A stretch of DNA of 64,000 nucleotides from a virus, in IMG/VR virus record IMGVR_UViG_3300017788_000014, positions 1 to 64,000 of that record. One strand, written 5' to 3'. The position numbers and the translations under genes are program-made. Of the stretch, positions 1 through 11,297 are shown piece after piece (positions within the stretch are counted from its first letter, which is position 1; each line of letters opens with the position of its first letter). The notes under the pieces were generated by a model that was not told the origin of the DNA, searched no databases, and saw only the letters and a list, made by a program, of their open reading frames with translations.

Positions 1-1495
1 CAATATTACACGTAAAAATCCTGACCGACCGCTCGTTGAGGTCTTCTACGAAGACACCGACGAAAACAATGAAGGTTGTACACCCTGCCCCGAACCGATT
101 TTTACGATCACGCAAAAAGAGTCGACGGTTCAAGATGGCTGCAAAGAAATTCAAACCTGTGAGTGGGAAATCGATCTCTGCATTCCAGTACCTATTCCAC
201 GGCCACCGTGTGTGAACATCACACGCAAAAACTCAGACAGGCCATTGGTAGAGGTCTTTTACACCGGCGGTGACGACGAAAATTGCACGCCCTGTCCAGA
301 GCCGATTTTTACGATCACGCGAAAAGAATCGACGACAGAAGATGGCTGCAAAGAAATTCAAACCTGTGAGTGGGAAATCGACCTTTGCATTCCAGTGCCT
401 ATTCCACGGCCGCCGTGTGTGAACATCACACGCAAAAACTCAGACAGGCCATTGGTAGAGGTGTTTTACGAAAACACCGACGGAAACAATGAAAGTTGTA
501 CACCCTGTCCAGAACCTGTTTTTACGATCACGCAAAAAGAGTCGACGGTTCAAGATGGCTGCAAAGAGATTCAGACCTGTGAGTGGGAAATCGACCTCTG
601 CATTCCGGTACCCATTCCACGGCCTCCGTGCGTCAATATTACACGTAAAAATCCTGACCGACCGCTGGTTGAAGTCTTTTACGAAGACACCCTAGTGGAC
701 AACGAAACCGGGTTTTGCGCTCCCTGTCCGGAGCCGATCTTTACAATCACACAAAAAGAATCAATAACGCAGGACGGCTGCAAAGAGATTCAGACCTGCG
801 AATGGGAAATTGACCTCTGCATTCCGGTACCCATTCCACGGCCTCCGTGTGTGAACATCACACGCAAGAATCCTGACCGACCGCTAGTTGAGGTCTTCTA
901 CGAAGACACCGACGAAAACAATGAAGGTTGTACACCCTGCCCCGAGCCAATCTTTACGATTACCCGAAAAGAGTCGACCACGCAGGACGGCTGCAAAGAG
1001 ATTCAAACCTGCGAATGGGAAATCGACCTCTGTATTCCCGTACCCATTCCGCGGCCTCCATGCGTCAATATCACGCGCAAGAACTCAGACCGTCCGCTCG
1101 TCGAGGTCTTTTATGAAGACACCTTAGTGGACAACGAAACCGGGTCTTGCGCGCCTTGCCCCGAGCCAATCTTTACGATCACGCGAAAAGAATCGACGAC
1201 AGAAGATGGCTGCAAAGAAATTCAAACCTGTGAGTGGGAAATCGACCTTTGCATTCCAGTGCCTATTCCACGTCCGCCGTGCGTCAGCATCACACGCAAA
1301 AACCCAGATCGACCACTGGTGCAGGTGTTCTACGAAAATGCACCCGGCGGTGGTGACTCGCTTTGCACACCGTGTCCCGAACCAGTTTTTGAAATTACTC
1401 GTAAAGAGTCGACGAAACAAGACGGCTGCAAAGAGATTCAAACCTGTGAGTGGGAAATCGACCTCTGTATTCCGGTGCCCATTCCACGGCCGCCC
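1..1495 (+). repeat. Seven near-identical intragenic tandem repeats of 207-219 nt (CVNITRKN...[17 protein letters not shown])
   Basis: Units start at about 1, 209, 416, 629, 848, 1061 and 1280. More diverged copies continue to about 2650. Confidence 0.95.
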
Positions 1496-4400
1496 TGCGT
1501 CAACATCAAAAAGAAAACGACGACTGATCCGCTAATTACAGTCGGCTACGAGGGCTGTCCGACCGTTGCCGGTCGACGTTCCGCGTTTAATATACGCAAA
1601 GTGCCGAGCGAAAAATCCGGCGACTGCGAAGAACTCGAAACTTGCGAATGGGAAATTGATTTAACACTTGTCGTACCCATTCCGAAACCACCGTGCGTCA
1701 GCATCACGCGTAAAAGTTCACCGTTTAACTTTGTGCACGTGGCGTATGAAGGCGCGCCATCATTGTCGAACAAGACGTCCAAGTTTCTTATCACCCGAAA
1801 ACCAACAATTCCGGGTACGTGCACCAAACCCGACTCGTGTGAATGGGAATTCGATCTGACGCTGGTGGTGCCGGTGCCGCGACCGCCGTGCGTGACGATC
1901 AATCGACAGTCGCAGGGCCAGTTCGTCTACGTCGGTTACGAAAACTGCCCTGAAGTCATCAACAAGTCGTCGAAATTTGTCATTACGCAGACAAGCGGCG
2001 GCGGCGGAAGCAGCACGTCGTCAGAGGAATTAGAGCCGTGCGTATGGAACGTCGACCTCGAAATTGTCGTACCGATTCCGCGACCGCCATGTGTTGTGCT
2101 GGAGCAGAAAAATTTCAGCGTCAACGTCGGATACAGAAATTCGCCGTGCGTCGTCGGCAAACAAAACAAGTTTTTAATCTCCCGCGCACAATCCACGCCG
2201 TCAACCGAATGCAAGCGCATCAACGAAGAAGAGTGCAAATGGGAATTCGAACTGGAACTCGCCATTGAGATTCCAAAACCGCCGTGCCCTATATTGCAGC
2301 CGTTGGGGTCGAATAAGATTCAAAGCCGTTTCTCGGATTCCAGCACACCATTTGGCGGCAACAATCGTTTCGGCATCATACCGCGACCGATTCCACAATT
2401 CGGCTGCGAAACGGCCGACACGTGTCAGTTTGATTTCGATCTGCAAATCGATATTCCCATTCCGCGCATTCCGTGTACAAAAATTAATGTGCGCCAACAA
2501 CAATTGAGCGTCGGATACGAAGAGCCGCAAAACAAACTCGAACTAAAAATCGAACCTAACCATCAGGAGAACAAAGGCTCGAATCAACCGCCCAATTGCG
2601 AATTTAATGTCGACATCGATTTGGCGATCAAGATTCCAAAACCGCCCTGCACCAAAATCTATCAGGGCGAGATCACCATTGAAAAAGTCTCGCCGAATCA
2701 AGACCCAGTATTCGAAGTCACGCCGCGCATCGATTGCGTTGAAGGCGAGTACAGTTTCGTTTACCTTGACTTCTATATCGAGTGGCCGTATTGCGAGCCG
2801 AAGTTAACCTACTCAGAAGAGTCGGAATTTGAAGAATGCTATTACATTCCGGGTTATGGCGGCTACTGCGATAAGTATCCGGGACAAGGCAGTAAATTCG
2901 AATTCACGATTACCAAAAAGGAATGCGAAGGTACATATCAGCCGGGTATTGGAATTGTCGGCGGCGGCGACTGTAGTTGCGAGTACGAATTCAAGTCTGA
3001 CATCTACCTCTCACTGCCCGTCGCCGAACATAAAGCCGGCGAAGTAAAAATAACTGGGCCGGGAGAAGAGTTCTGCTCTTTCGGCGATTCGTACCAGCCG
3101 CTGAAATCGGGCACAATTAAAATCGAGCCGCAGGGCGCGCCCGGCGGCGCTCCGGGCAGACTTCCGCAACTGTATCACGATCTCGAATTAGAGTTCTGGT
3201 GTTTACGCGGCGGCGATGTCAACATTACACCAGAAGGCATCGGTACGGGTCGAATTGAGATCGTTAAAACATTCGCCGGCTCGAAAATCAACCTCAATCT
3301 AGACTTTAATACAGTCTCCTGTCCCGAAGGTGGTGGCGGCGGGAGCGGAGGCGGCGGCGGCAATTGCGTTACCGGACCGAGAGGCGAAACAGGGCCATCT
3401 GGGCCAGAAGGTCCATCTGGTCCGAGTGGTCCATCTGGTCCGAGTGGTCCATCTGGTCCGTCTGGGCCATCTGGCCCAAGTGGTCCATCCGGCCCCACAG
3501 GCGCGACAGGCGCAACCGGGCCGTTTCCAAACGTTACGATCGGCGCCGTAAACGCACTGTCAGCCTGCGAAAGTCCGACCGTAAAACTTGCCGGCACAAA
3601 ATCTGATCGCATTTTAAACTTCGGCATACCAAAAGCCTCGCGCGTATTTTTGCAGGGCACAGTGCCTTTGGCGCCCAGTATGTCGCCGCAGGTTATAGCG
3701 GGCTATCAGGATTGCGACTTATATCTGCAATTTGGTATTCCGCGTGCGCCGCAAGTTGCCGTAAGCAGCGTCATCACACTCAATCCGGATCAAAATCCGC
3801 GCGTCTTCGGTAATAACGTCGCCGGCGACCTACTGCTCGATTTTGAATTGCCGCGCGCGCCGAACGTGACGGTCGGCACCGTCACAGAAGTTACGCCGTG
3901 CGTGACACCGGCTGTAACGGCAACTAAAACCAACGGCGACGTAAGCCTCAATTTTAAATTGCCGCGCGCTACCAAATTCAGCCTCGGCCCTGTTACGACG
4001 CTTCCGCCAAACAATAATCCGGGAGTTCTTCTCGGCCTTACAAGCACGTGCGATAACGTGCTTTTGTTTGGACTTCCGCGCGCGTCCATGTTTAAAGCCG
4101 GCAGCGTAACTGCGGGCTGCCCCAACAGCAAAATGACCGTGTCGTTAGAGGACGACAACGGCGACTACATCATTAATCTCGACATGCCCAGAGTTCCGAC
4201 GTTATCGATCAACAACGTCGAAACGGTTCCGCCGATTCAAGAGCCGAACGTAGAAGTAGAAAACGACGAATGCGGCGATGTGCTGTTGAATTTCAAACTG
4301 CAACGCGCGCCCACAGTTTCGGTCGCCGGCGTCAATCCGCTCGATCCAGATCAGCCGCCACTCGTCACCAGCGATATCGACGGCAACGGCGACGCGCTGT

Positions 4401-5686
4401 TGACGTTTGATTTACCCCGCGCGCCGACATTCACTGTCGGTAATGTGTCGGTCAATACCAAATTCACCGCAGCCGTTACAAACAGCGGCGCCAACGGCGA
4501 CATTATTCTTGACTTTGATTTACCGGTCGGCCCAACAGGCCCATCTGGCCCGACCGGCCCGCGCGGATTAGTAGGCCCCACCGGTGTCGGCGCTAGCGGT
4601 CCGACCGGACCTTCGGGTCCTTCCGGGCCGTCGGGGCCAACGGGGCCGTCTGGCGCGACTGGTGTAATCGGAGCCACAGGACCTACCGGGCCAATTGGAC
4701 TTACCGGACTTCGCGGCGTCGAGGGCCCGACAGGACCAATTGGACAAACTGGCGCCACCGGAGTTATAGGATTATCTGGCCCGCGTGGAATTATAGGTCC
4801 AATCGGTCCGACTGGTGTTGCCGGTGCAACAGGATTAATAGGCCCGGCTGGTGCAACAGGCGCCGTCGGACCCACTGGTATTACCGGCGCTACAGGGCCA
4901 ATAGGGCCAAGAGGTATTACAGGTTTAACCGGCCCGACCGGTGTTGCTGGTGCAACAGGATTAATAGGCCCGTCTGGCGCAACAGGAATTATAGGCCCGC
5001 GAGGCGTCACCGGGGCTACTGGTTTACAGGGCGCCACAGGACCACGCGGCGTGGTCGGCCTGTCTGGCTCAACTGGGCCGATCGGCATTACAGGCGCCAC
5101 CGGTTTGACAGGCCCCGCAGGACCTTCCGGACTACGCGGTATCGAGGGCCCTCGGGGTCCAATTGGCCCGACTGGTGTTGCTGGCGCCACCGGCTCAACA
5201 GGCCCAATTGGCGCGACCGGCGCCACCGGCCCGGCAGGACAACGCGGAGAACGCGGTTTTACGGGCCCATCCGGCGTCGCCGGCCCGGTAGGCCCACGAG
5301 GGCTTACGGGCAATACGGGCGCCATAGGGCCACAGGGGCCGCAAGGATCGGTGGGTCCGGCTGGGCCAGCCGGACCAATTGGACCGATTGGAGAACCCGG
5401 CCCGCGTGGACAAACGGGACCCCAAGGCCCGGCCGGTCCAATTGGCCCGAGCGGTTTGCGCGGCGTTAGCGGACCTGCTGGCCCATCTGGGCCGACCGGT
5501 CCAGTTGGCCCGTGCGGGCCGCCGGGGTCGCCGGGGCCACAGGGCGCAACCGGACCCGCTGGCGCGACAGGGCCGATAGGGCCGCCGGGGCCGAGCGTAC
5601 TGACGCCCGAACTTATTCAAGAACTGATCGCCGCGATTAACACGAATGCCGCGTTACGCGCCGCAATTCAAGCGGCTATTAACTGA
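2..5686 (+). CDS. Giant repeat/collagen-like tail fibre or virion appendage protein, truncated at the 5' window edge
   Basis: The frame is open from nt 2. It carries at least 13 Cys-rich ~70-aa repeats, nine ~37-aa 'xxFxLPRA' repeats and two Gly-X-Y collagen tracts. Confidence 0.8.
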   Translation, partial: NITRKNPDRPLVEVFYEDTDENNEGCTPCPEPIFTITQKESTVQDGCKEIQTCEWEIDLCIPVPIPRPPCVNITRKNSDRPLVEVFYTGGDDENCTPCPEPIFTITRKESTTEDGCKEIQTCEWEIDLCIPVPIPRPPCVNITRKNSDRPLVEVFYENTDGNNESCTPCPEPVFTITQKESTVQDGCKEIQTCEWEIDLCIPVPIPRPPCVNITRKNPDRPLVEVFYEDTLVDNETGFCAPCPEPIFTITQKESITQDGCKEIQTCEWEIDLCIPVPIPRPPCVNITRKNPDRPLVEVFYEDTDENNEGCTPCPEPIFTITRKESTTQDGCKEIQTCEWEIDLCIPVPIPRPPCVNITRKNSDRPLVEVFYEDTLVDNETGSCAPCPEPIFTITRKESTTEDGCKEIQTCEWEIDLCIPVPIPRPPCVSITRKNPDRPLVQVFYENAPGGGDSLCTPCPEPVFEITRKESTKQDGCKEIQTCEWEIDLCIPVPIPRPPCVNIKKKTTTDPLITVGYEGCPTVAGRRSAFNIRKVPSEKSGDCEELETCEWEIDLTLVVPIPKPPCVSITRKSSPFNFVHVAYEGAPSLSNKTSKFLITRKPTIPGTCTKPDSCEWEFDLTLVVPVPRPPCVTINRQSQGQFVYVGYENCPEVINKSSKFVITQTSGGGGSSTSSEELEPCVWNVDLEIVVPIPRPPCVVLEQKNFSVNVGYRNSPCVVGKQNKFLISRAQSTPSTECKRINEEECKWEFELELAIEIPKPPCPILQPLGSNKIQSRFSDSSTPFGGNNRFGIIPRPIPQFGCETADTCQFDFDLQIDIPIPRIPCTKINVRQQQLSVGYEEPQNKLELKIEPNHQENKGSNQPPNCEFNVDIDLAIKIPKPPCTKIYQGEITIEKVSPNQDPVFEVTPRIDCVEGEYSFVYLDFYIEWPYCEPKLTYSEESEFEECYYIPGYGGYCDKYPGQGSKFEFTITKKECEGTYQPGIGIVGGGDCSCEYEFKSDIYLSLPVAEHKAGEVKITGPGEEFCSFGDSYQPLKSGTIKIEPQGAPGGAPGRLPQLYHDLELEFWCLRGGDVNITPEGIGTGRIEIVKTFAGSKINLNLDFNTVSCPEGGGGGSGGGGGNCVTGPRGETGPSGPEGPSGPSGPSGPSGPSGPSGPSGPSGPSGPTGATGATGPFPNVTIGAVNALSACESPTVKLAGTKSDRILNFGIPKASRVFLQGTVPLAPSMSPQVIAGYQDCDLYLQFGIPRAPQVAVSSVITLNPDQNPRVFGNNVAGDLLLDFELPRAPNVTVGTVTEVTPCVTPAVTATKTNGDVSLNFKLPRATKFSLGPVTTLPPNNNPGVLLGLTSTCDNVLLFGLPRASMFKAGSVTAGCPNSKMTVSLEDDNGDYIINLDMPRVPTLSINNVETVPPIQEPNVEVENDECGDVLLNFKLQRAPTVSVAGVNPLDPDQPPLVTSDIDGNGDALLTFDLPRAPTFTVGNVSVNTKFTAAVTNSGANGDIILDFDLPVGPTGPSGPTGPRGLVGPTGVGASGPTGPSGPSGPSGPTGPSGATGVIGATGPTGPIGLTGLRGVEGPTGPIGQTGATGVIGLSGPRGIIGPIGPTGVAGATGLIGPAGATGAVGPTGITGATGPIGPRGITGLTGPTGVAGATGLIGPSGATGIIGPRGVTGATGLQGATGPRGVVGLSGSTGPIGITGATGLTGPAGPSGLRGIEGPRGPIGPTGVAGATGSTGPIGATGATGPAGQRGERGFTGPSGVAGPVGPRGLTGNTGAIGPQGPQGSVGPAGPAGPIGPIGEPGPRGQTGPQGPAGPIGPSGLRGVSGPAGPSGPTGPVGPCGPPGSPGPQGATGPAGATGPIGPPGPSVLTPELIQELIAAINTNAALRAAIQAAIN
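4529..5593 (+). repeat. Collagen-like Gly-X-Y tract (~118 triplets); a shorter tract lies at ~3374-3523
   Basis: Nearly continuous GPT/GAT/GPS/GPI triplets in the translation. Confidence 0.95.
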
Positions 5687-5692
5687 TGTACA

Positions 5693-5721
5693 TTGACAAA
5701 TTCATCCAGCCGACACAAAAT
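5693..5721 (+). promoter_or_regulatory. Sigma70-like promoter
   Basis: TTGACA-N17-CAAAAT, followed by an AAGGAGG RBS and ATG at 5744. Confidence 0.6.
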
Positions 5722-5743
5722 TAACAGCAGCAAGGAGGCGACT

Positions 5744-6127
5744 ATGAGCGCGCACGTGCACACACGGCACATTTCATTCAGCCGAGATAATCTACTGCAA
5801 ACATTGTCGAAATCCGATGTATTTGAAAAAAACCCGACGTTAGAGCCGTGCAAGGAAGACGTCGACAGTTGCCTCAAAAAATATCGCGACGACGTGGCCG
5901 CCAAAGGCTGCGGCTGCCGCGCAAATCCGGCATTACTTTTTGAGTGCTTCGAAAAAACGCTCGCAAAACTGGAAGAACTCAAAGAAACCAACGTCGAAGC
6001 CTTGCGGGCTTTTATTTATTACGCGACGAATCAAACGCAGCGAGACAACGAGCGTATTGAACTCACGGTGTATTTTCGCAAAGGCGGCTCCGACGCTGAT
6101 CTCCACAAATACGTGTTTACGACATGA
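5744..6127 (+). CDS. Hypothetical protein (CGC motif)
   Basis: Strong RBS before ATG 5744; ATGA overlap with the next gene. Confidence 0.7.
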   Translation: MSAHVHTRHISFSRDNLLQTLSKSDVFEKNPTLEPCKEDVDSCLKKYRDDVAAKGCGCRANPALLFECFEKTLAKLEELKETNVEALRAFIYYATNQTQRDNERIELTVYFRKGGSDADLHKYVFTT

Positions 6128-6552
6128 GCGACAGCGAACGAAATATCCACCTGACGTGGACTGTGAGCCGATACAACTTTCACAGTACCGACGGTATTCG
6201 TGTGCGCGTCGAGGCTGACGCGGCGAACTTAATGACGACAAAAATCTTTGCGTATCAACTTTTGCCGCTCAAACCCGGCACGGATGAAAAAGTCGGCCAG
6301 TTTGACCACATTTGCTCGCCGGTCGACATTGAAGAATATCCTGAAGATACGCCCATTCCGGGAAGTCGTCCGGCGTGGTTTCGTTTAGATTACGTTGACG
6401 TCATGCTGCGTTCTCGCGAAGAGACACAGGCGTTTATTGACGAAATTATTGAGGACGTGCGCCGACTGAAATCAACGTTGGATTTAACCGACACGCTGCT
6501 GCCCGGCGGCGCAATTTGGATCGGTACGCCGCCTGAAGATGAAGACGAGTAA
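6124..6552 (+). CDS. Hypothetical protein
   Basis: 142-aa ORF translationally coupled to both neighbours. Confidence 0.7.
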   Translation: MSDSERNIHLTWTVSRYNFHSTDGIRVRVEADAANLMTTKIFAYQLLPLKPGTDEKVGQFDHICSPVDIEEYPEDTPIPGSRPAWFRLDYVDVMLRSREETQAFIDEIIEDVRRLKSTLDLTDTLLPGGAIWIGTPPEDEDE

Positions 6553-6854
6553 TGGCTAAACTTGTTGTACTTGAAGACAGTACGATTTTGTCTATGTTAA
6601 ACGACCCGACGTTTAGCGAAACGATTCCTTGTCTGTTCGGCAAAAAAGACATTTTCAAAACACCGGTTGGTTCGTGCGGCAGTTGCGCGCAAAAAAAGAA
6701 AGAACGCCGCCGCGCAGAAATGGCGCGAATTAAATCGTGTCTGGCGGCACTCAGCGCTGAAAAACGCGCACTGCTTAAAAAACTTTTTGACGCCGAACAG
6801 ATTCGCGTCGTCTACGCCAATGCTGGCGGTCAGGTCGTGCAACTGACCTTCTAG
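6552..6854 (+). CDS. Hypothetical protein (CxxC motif)
   Basis: TAATG coupling; CGSC motif. Confidence 0.7.
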   Translation: MAKLVVLEDSTILSMLNDPTFSETIPCLFGKKDIFKTPVGSCGSCAQKKKERRRAEMARIKSCLAALSAEKRALLKKLFDAEQIRVVYANAGGQVVQLTF

Positions 6855-6949
6855 AGTGCTAAATATTCCGCAAAATTGCGGCATATTAACTGCCTCGTCT
6901 GATACGGTATCAGCGCGGGGCGAACTCTAAGTCTAAGAAGGAGGCCGAA

Positions 6950-7333
6950 ATGGCCCTGTCTCTGCACGCCGAGTACACTCGGCGCAAAATTGTGGCGCGA
7001 GTAAATCGCGCCACGGCGTCATGCGTGGTGCCGGCGTCGGCGATCGCGCTGATCGAGCGCGTGATGGAAGACAAAGCCGCTAAGGCGGCTGAAAAGTTCC
7101 CAGATTCATACTGGGAACGAGTGGCTTTCCTCAAGGCCGCCGTATTGGCGGCAGTGCCTCCGGGGCTCCGCGGCACGTTCGCGGATAGATTCCACGAATA
7201 CGCGGCGGCCTGTCAGCGCGGCGACGACGCCGAGGCTGGCGACGACGAGTTCGGGTTCGCCAACCGCCCTGACTACGGCGGCGAACCGCGCGCCCAGCGC
7301 GACGCGTACTTCGCCTGCACAGCATCGCTGTAA
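6950..7333 (+). CDS. Hypothetical protein
   Basis: AAGGAGG RBS upstream of the ATG. Confidence 0.65.
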   Translation: MALSLHAEYTRRKIVARVNRATASCVVPASAIALIERVMEDKAAKAAEKFPDSYWERVAFLKAAVLAAVPPGLRGTFADRFHEYAAACQRGDDAEAGDDEFGFANRPDYGGEPRAQRDAYFACTASL

Positions 7334-7450
7334 CAGGCAACTTTTTAAGGACATGTGATCCGCGGCTATACAGCCGAAATACGCACCGCCCAAGGTGTTA
7401 TTTCTGGTTGTATAGTCGCGGATCGCGTTCCCCTTTTCCTTAGATATCCA

Positions 7451-7972
7451 ATGGCAAAACGCAAATCAAAAACAAAACTCGACGTAAAGACGCCGACGAA
7501 AAAGCCGCCGTACGTTATGCCCGAGCCGAATGACGACGCGGCCGCCTTCGGCTGGGAACTTAAAAAATTACGATATCCAGCGGCGGACTCGCCGAAAAAT
7601 GACGTCTGGCCGGGGCGCAGTATTTTTCAACCGCAGATATCGCTGGAAGAAATGCAAGCCTACGGTCACGACATGGCGTTTATCGAGCCGGGCTATTTAC
7701 AGCGCCAATTTGACCACTCCCCGGCGATTCGTAAAGCGGCCGAAAAAGCCAGCGCCGAAAAATACTCGCCCGAATCGCTCGCGCGCCTGCAGCGCGCAAT
7801 TCAGCGAGTCTTCACAGAGACTGTTCTGCCAGAAATCGAAGCGCAGTTTGATGCGATTTCCAAAATGGTCGCGCAGTTCTACGCTGCTCGTTTAGCGCAT
7901 ATCGAAACGTTCGGTTTCGAGGACGACTACGGCGATCAGATCGAGGCCAGCACGACAAAGTCGCGCCGATAA
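7451..7972 (+). CDS. Hypothetical protein
   Basis: ORF with a plausible MAKRKSK start; protein-like composition. Confidence 0.6.
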   Translation: MAKRKSKTKLDVKTPTKKPPYVMPEPNDDAAAFGWELKKLRYPAADSPKNDVWPGRSIFQPQISLEEMQAYGHDMAFIEPGYLQRQFDHSPAIRKAAEKASAEKYSPESLARLQRAIQRVFTETVLPEIEAQFDAISKMVAQFYAARLAHIETFGFEDDYGDQIEASTTKSRR

Positions 7973-8211
7973 CCGGAGATCGGTCCGCGCTTGCCGAGCA
8001 GCAGATCGTCGTCGGTTTTGCCCGCGTCGTCGACCGGATACGGCCCGCCGGCATTGGACACGCCGGGGCGATTGAGCCCAAATTCCGCAGCCTTCTGGAC
8101 AACCAAGTTCGCAGACGTAGAATCCATAAGTTCGGCGATCGTTTTCGCTTCGACCACAAATTCAGCCCGAGACGGCGACACGACAGAGAGATCATCAAGA
8201 ATGGACACCAT
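7936..8211 (-). CDS. Hypothetical protein
   Basis: GGAGG RBS upstream of ATG 8211 on the - strand. Confidence 0.6.
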   Translation of the reverse strand: MVSILDDLSVVSPSRAEFVVEAKTIAELMDSTSANLVVQKAAEFGLNRPGVSNAGGPYPVDDAGKTDDDLLLGKRGPISGYRRDFVVLASI

Positions 8212-8254
8212 AGTAATTACCTCCGCGCAAAATGAAGAAAATCCAACCCGCGAC

Positions 8255-8728
8255 ATGGTAATACAAATTCTGGGGCTTAGCAAGTTACAAATTCGCCGAA
8301 TCTTTACTGATGTGCTGCAAACCGACTATCCGGAAAATGTTGTATTACCCCGGCAAACTGTGTTTTATTTGTTCGTCGCCGATCTGCTGGAGAACCTGAC
8401 GTTTCTAAACGCTGACCAGCGCTTTTTCGTGATTCGCGAATTGCGAAAATCCTTGCCCGATCACGAGTTCTTGCAAGTCGTGTTTTTCGACAACGCCTAC
8501 GTCACATGGACCGGCCGCGATGACTTTATTTCGCTCGAAACCGGCGACATTGTCGATGTCCTGCCACGTCCGGCGATTGAAGCGATCGGGTATAATTTAT
8601 CAGAGTTGTACGAGCGCGGAATGATCAAGATTCGAAACAGGAGCGGCGCCAATGTCAAAAACACTAATGCGGGAAGCGTGGCAGAGTCGGGAGACATTTG
8701 CGACAGTCCTGCTGACACTATTTCTTGA
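8255..8728 (+). CDS. Hypothetical protein
   Basis: 3' part of ORF 7991-8728, divergent from the - strand gene; start uncertain. Confidence 0.55.
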   Translation: MVIQILGLSKLQIRRIFTDVLQTDYPENVVLPRQTVFYLFVADLLENLTFLNADQRFFVIRELRKSLPDHEFLQVVFFDNAYVTWTGRDDFISLETGDIVDVLPRPAIEAIGYNLSELYERGMIKIRNRSGANVKNTNAGSVAESGDICDSPADTIS

Positions 8729-9326
8729 TCGTTTCGGCCCTGAAGCGCTGGACTGGGACCCGAGCACAATCACGCTTGAAGTCGAAGAGGAATTCAAGTG
8801 CGATCTGCCGCAATTGTCGCTGGACCGCCTTATCGTGGCGGGGCAGATTTTGACGACCGATCGGTTTTTCAAAAGTCTGCCGGACTTCATTAACTTCTGC
8901 AACGTGCTTGGCGGCGACGAATACAATCCCGAAATGTGGGACCCGGCAGACGCCGAAGAAGTGGCGTGGGGTGTCACAGAAGCAATGTTGCTCTACCCGC
9001 CCGACGAAGACGATCCAGAGCCATTTACAGACGAAATACGCGCCTATATCGGGGCCGTGTTGGACCGCGAAGGGCTGATCAATCCGCCTGATATCCTGCG
9101 GATTGCGTTGCGCATGTCAAAAGTGCGGCCGTCGATTGAGGAATTTTCCGACGACCCAGAAATGTTCAGCGCAATTTACAAAGTGGAAGACGGCAAACGC
9201 GTAGACATCGAACAATCGATTCGACTTAAAACACGACTGTTGGCCGCGCAATTAAGCGCGCTGCGACTTGAAAACGGAAAAGTTGAAACAGTGATTCAAA
9301 CGCTAGAAAATGCCGCAAACACGTAG
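8652..9326 (+). CDS. Hypothetical protein (acidic, helical; possibly virion-associated)
   Basis: 224-aa ORF with an AGGAG RBS. Confidence 0.7.
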   Translation: MSKTLMREAWQSRETFATVLLTLFLDRFGPEALDWDPSTITLEVEEEFKCDLPQLSLDRLIVAGQILTTDRFFKSLPDFINFCNVLGGDEYNPEMWDPADAEEVAWGVTEAMLLYPPDEDDPEPFTDEIRAYIGAVLDREGLINPPDILRIALRMSKVRPSIEEFSDDPEMFSAIYKVEDGKRVDIEQSIRLKTRLLAAQLSALRLENGKVETVIQTLENAANT

Positions 9327-9334
9327 AGGAAAAA

Positions 9335-9613
9335 ATGGGGTGGAATGACCGCCTACCCGAAGACCCGTACTGGCCATCGTATTATGACGCCGAAGCCTAC
9401 GAAGAATGGCGCAAATATTTAGAGGCGTGCCAGAGCGAAGAACTCAACCCAACAGCGAATACCGCGGGTTTATCTTCGCAAAATATTGACCCCGTCGCGC
9501 TCGACGAACCGGCGCAGACAGAAACGACGACACGCGTGCTTATTGACGAAAATAAAAAACCCGCCGAAGTGAGCATCGTAGAGAGGCCCGGCGGGTGTGC
9601 TGCGCAGCAGTAA
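9335..9613 (+). CDS. Hypothetical protein
   Basis: GAGG RBS; 92 aa. Confidence 0.55.
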   Translation: MGWNDRLPEDPYWPSYYDAEAYEEWRKYLEACQSEELNPTANTAGLSSQNIDPVALDEPAQTETTTRVLIDENKKPAEVSIVERPGGCAAQQ

Positions 9614-9624
9614 CGACAGACGAC

Positions 9625-10014
9625 TTATTTTTTGTCTTTGTCGTTTTTCTGCGTGTAAATACTTTGCTCGGTTGTGTCTAGCGAGTTGACGTACTGCTGT
9701 ACAGCAACCCCGCGGTCGTATCCCGCATGCCAGATTTCGTTGTACCTGTCGCGCTCGTCCACTGCCGATATAACACCGCTTACAAAATTCTGAGTGGCTT
9801 CGGCAGATTGATCGATGCGCGACTGTTGCAACTGATAAGTCAAATCGGCTACCTGAGCGGCTTCAATGTTTAAAGCGCGCTCAGCAATACGCAATTCACG
9901 GCGCAGACTCTGCGATTCGATATACTGCGCCACGATAATCTGACAAAACAACGCAAATACAAAAACCATCACGCCAAAATTAAACACGCGCCACTGCTTT
10001 TTGGTGTCTGACAT
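9625..10014 (-). CDS. Membrane-anchored coiled-coil protein
   Basis: N-terminal hydrophobic segment followed by a heptad-rich helix. Confidence 0.6.
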   Translation of the reverse strand: MSDTKKQWRVFNFGVMVFVFALFCQIIVAQYIESQSLRRELRIAERALNIEAAQVADLTYQLQQSRIDQSAEATQNFVSGVISAVDERDRYNEIWHAGYDRGVAVQQYVNSLDTTEQSIYTQKNDKDKK

Positions 10015-10092
10015 GACATTTCTCGCGAGGATATCGCCGACACGGCGATTTTCGCGGATTGTATCAGAGAAAAAAGCGATTTCAAGTGGCCG

Positions 10093-11277
10093 TCACGATT
10101 TTTGTGCGGCTAACGAAAACAATGTTGTCAAAGGAAGCAGTGACTCAGCCTCTTTTGTCTGAACTACCGCGGCTACCTTTTTTTCCTGCATTAACCGATC
10201 GAACATTGCCGCCATTCCGCGATCTAACGTCGGAACGATTGCGGCCAACTTTTCTCGATCGAGCAGAAGTCCGCCGGCGGTTACCGCATCAGCGAAGTCG
10301 TCGCCCAGCCAGTTCCGCACGTCGTCGACAGCCAATTTTTCAACATCGGCCAGCGCGTACACGTTGCCAGTCGTTGTCTCGACATTCTCGGCCATGAAGT
10401 CCGCGGCTGTCTTTTCGGTAATTGCGAATAATACCTCTTCGGGCCGCTGCAGTCCGCCCGCTTCAGAATACAAGCGATTCAGATGATTGACGCGATCGAA
10501 TTCGTCGACAGCCGCGGCCAGTTTTACACGCGTCGTGTGCGCTTTCGCATTCTCGGGATTCTTGTCCATAGCGTCCGCTAAATTAAACAACTCAGTCGCA
10601 GCAGTTTTGTTTTTGCGCCACACCAGCGTCGCGCGTTTGCGAAGCATATCTGTCGCGACCTTTAATGCGCACAGACCGTGCGCCGCCGTCACGTTTAACA
10701 TGTCGACGTGGTCTGAAACATCGGCGCCGTACGCTGCCGATTTGACAAGGATTTTTTCGGCAATGCAGCGCCGATCGTCGTAGCAAAAATCGTCGCGATA
10801 TGTCGCAAAATGCTGCGCTGCAAACTTAACCTCCGTCGCATTGCGCAACGGCCACATCCGTTCTTTTTGCCCCAATTCGCTCTCCCAGACAATGGCGAAG
10901 TAGTCGTCGGACAATTTTTCCATGTCCGTCTGGCCGGCTGCGGCGACTTTTTCCTGCAAATCCACAATCGTGTCAAAGATGCCAAAATACTCAGCAGCGG
11001 CTAGAATACGGTCATGGATAGCGGCGGCTGTTTTTTCATCAAAATTCGCGCGTTTGTCCGTAAAAAATAATGCGGACAACCAAGTTGCAGCCGCTGAATG
11101 ACAGGGGTAAAGTTTATTGTGGGCGTCGGCATACACGTGCCGCGGTAACGTATCGTCGCCGTGCGTCCGTTCGCGCGAGGCTGACTTTACAAATTCTGGA
11201 CGAGGAAATAATGTCGTCAACCGGTGCGTTTCGCGGTCACTGACGTCTTGGGTGTGGTCAAGCGGAGTGTTGGTCAT
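10093..11277 (-). CDS. Hypothetical protein rich in K-x-A motifs (possible head-internal protein)
   Basis: AGGA RBS before ATG 11277; 15 of 24 Lys lie in a K-x-A context. Confidence 0.7.
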   Translation of the reverse strand: MTNTPLDHTQDVSDRETHRLTTLFPRPEFVKSASRERTHGDDTLPRHVYADAHNKLYPCHSAAATWLSALFFTDKRANFDEKTAAAIHDRILAAAEYFGIFDTIVDLQEKVAAAGQTDMEKLSDDYFAIVWESELGQKERMWPLRNATEVKFAAQHFATYRDDFCYDDRRCIAEKILVKSAAYGADVSDHVDMLNVTAAHGLCALKVATDMLRKRATLVWRKNKTAATELFNLADAMDKNPENAKAHTTRVKLAAAVDEFDRVNHLNRLYSEAGGLQRPEEVLFAITEKTAADFMAENVETTTGNVYALADVEKLAVDDVRNWLGDDFADAVTAGGLLLDREKLAAIVPTLDRGMAAMFDRLMQEKKVAAVVQTKEAESLLPLTTLFSLAAQKS

Positions 11278-11297
11278 GATTTTTCCTACCTGCGTAG

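Noticed and set aside
1-1495. Diversity-generating retroelement template/variable repeat pair
   Set aside because: Differences between units are not adenine-specific, all copies are in-frame coding, and no reverse transcriptase is present in the window.
4351-5325. 324-aa minus-strand ORF (and 3175-3660)
   Set aside because: Antisense shadow of the collagen repeats.
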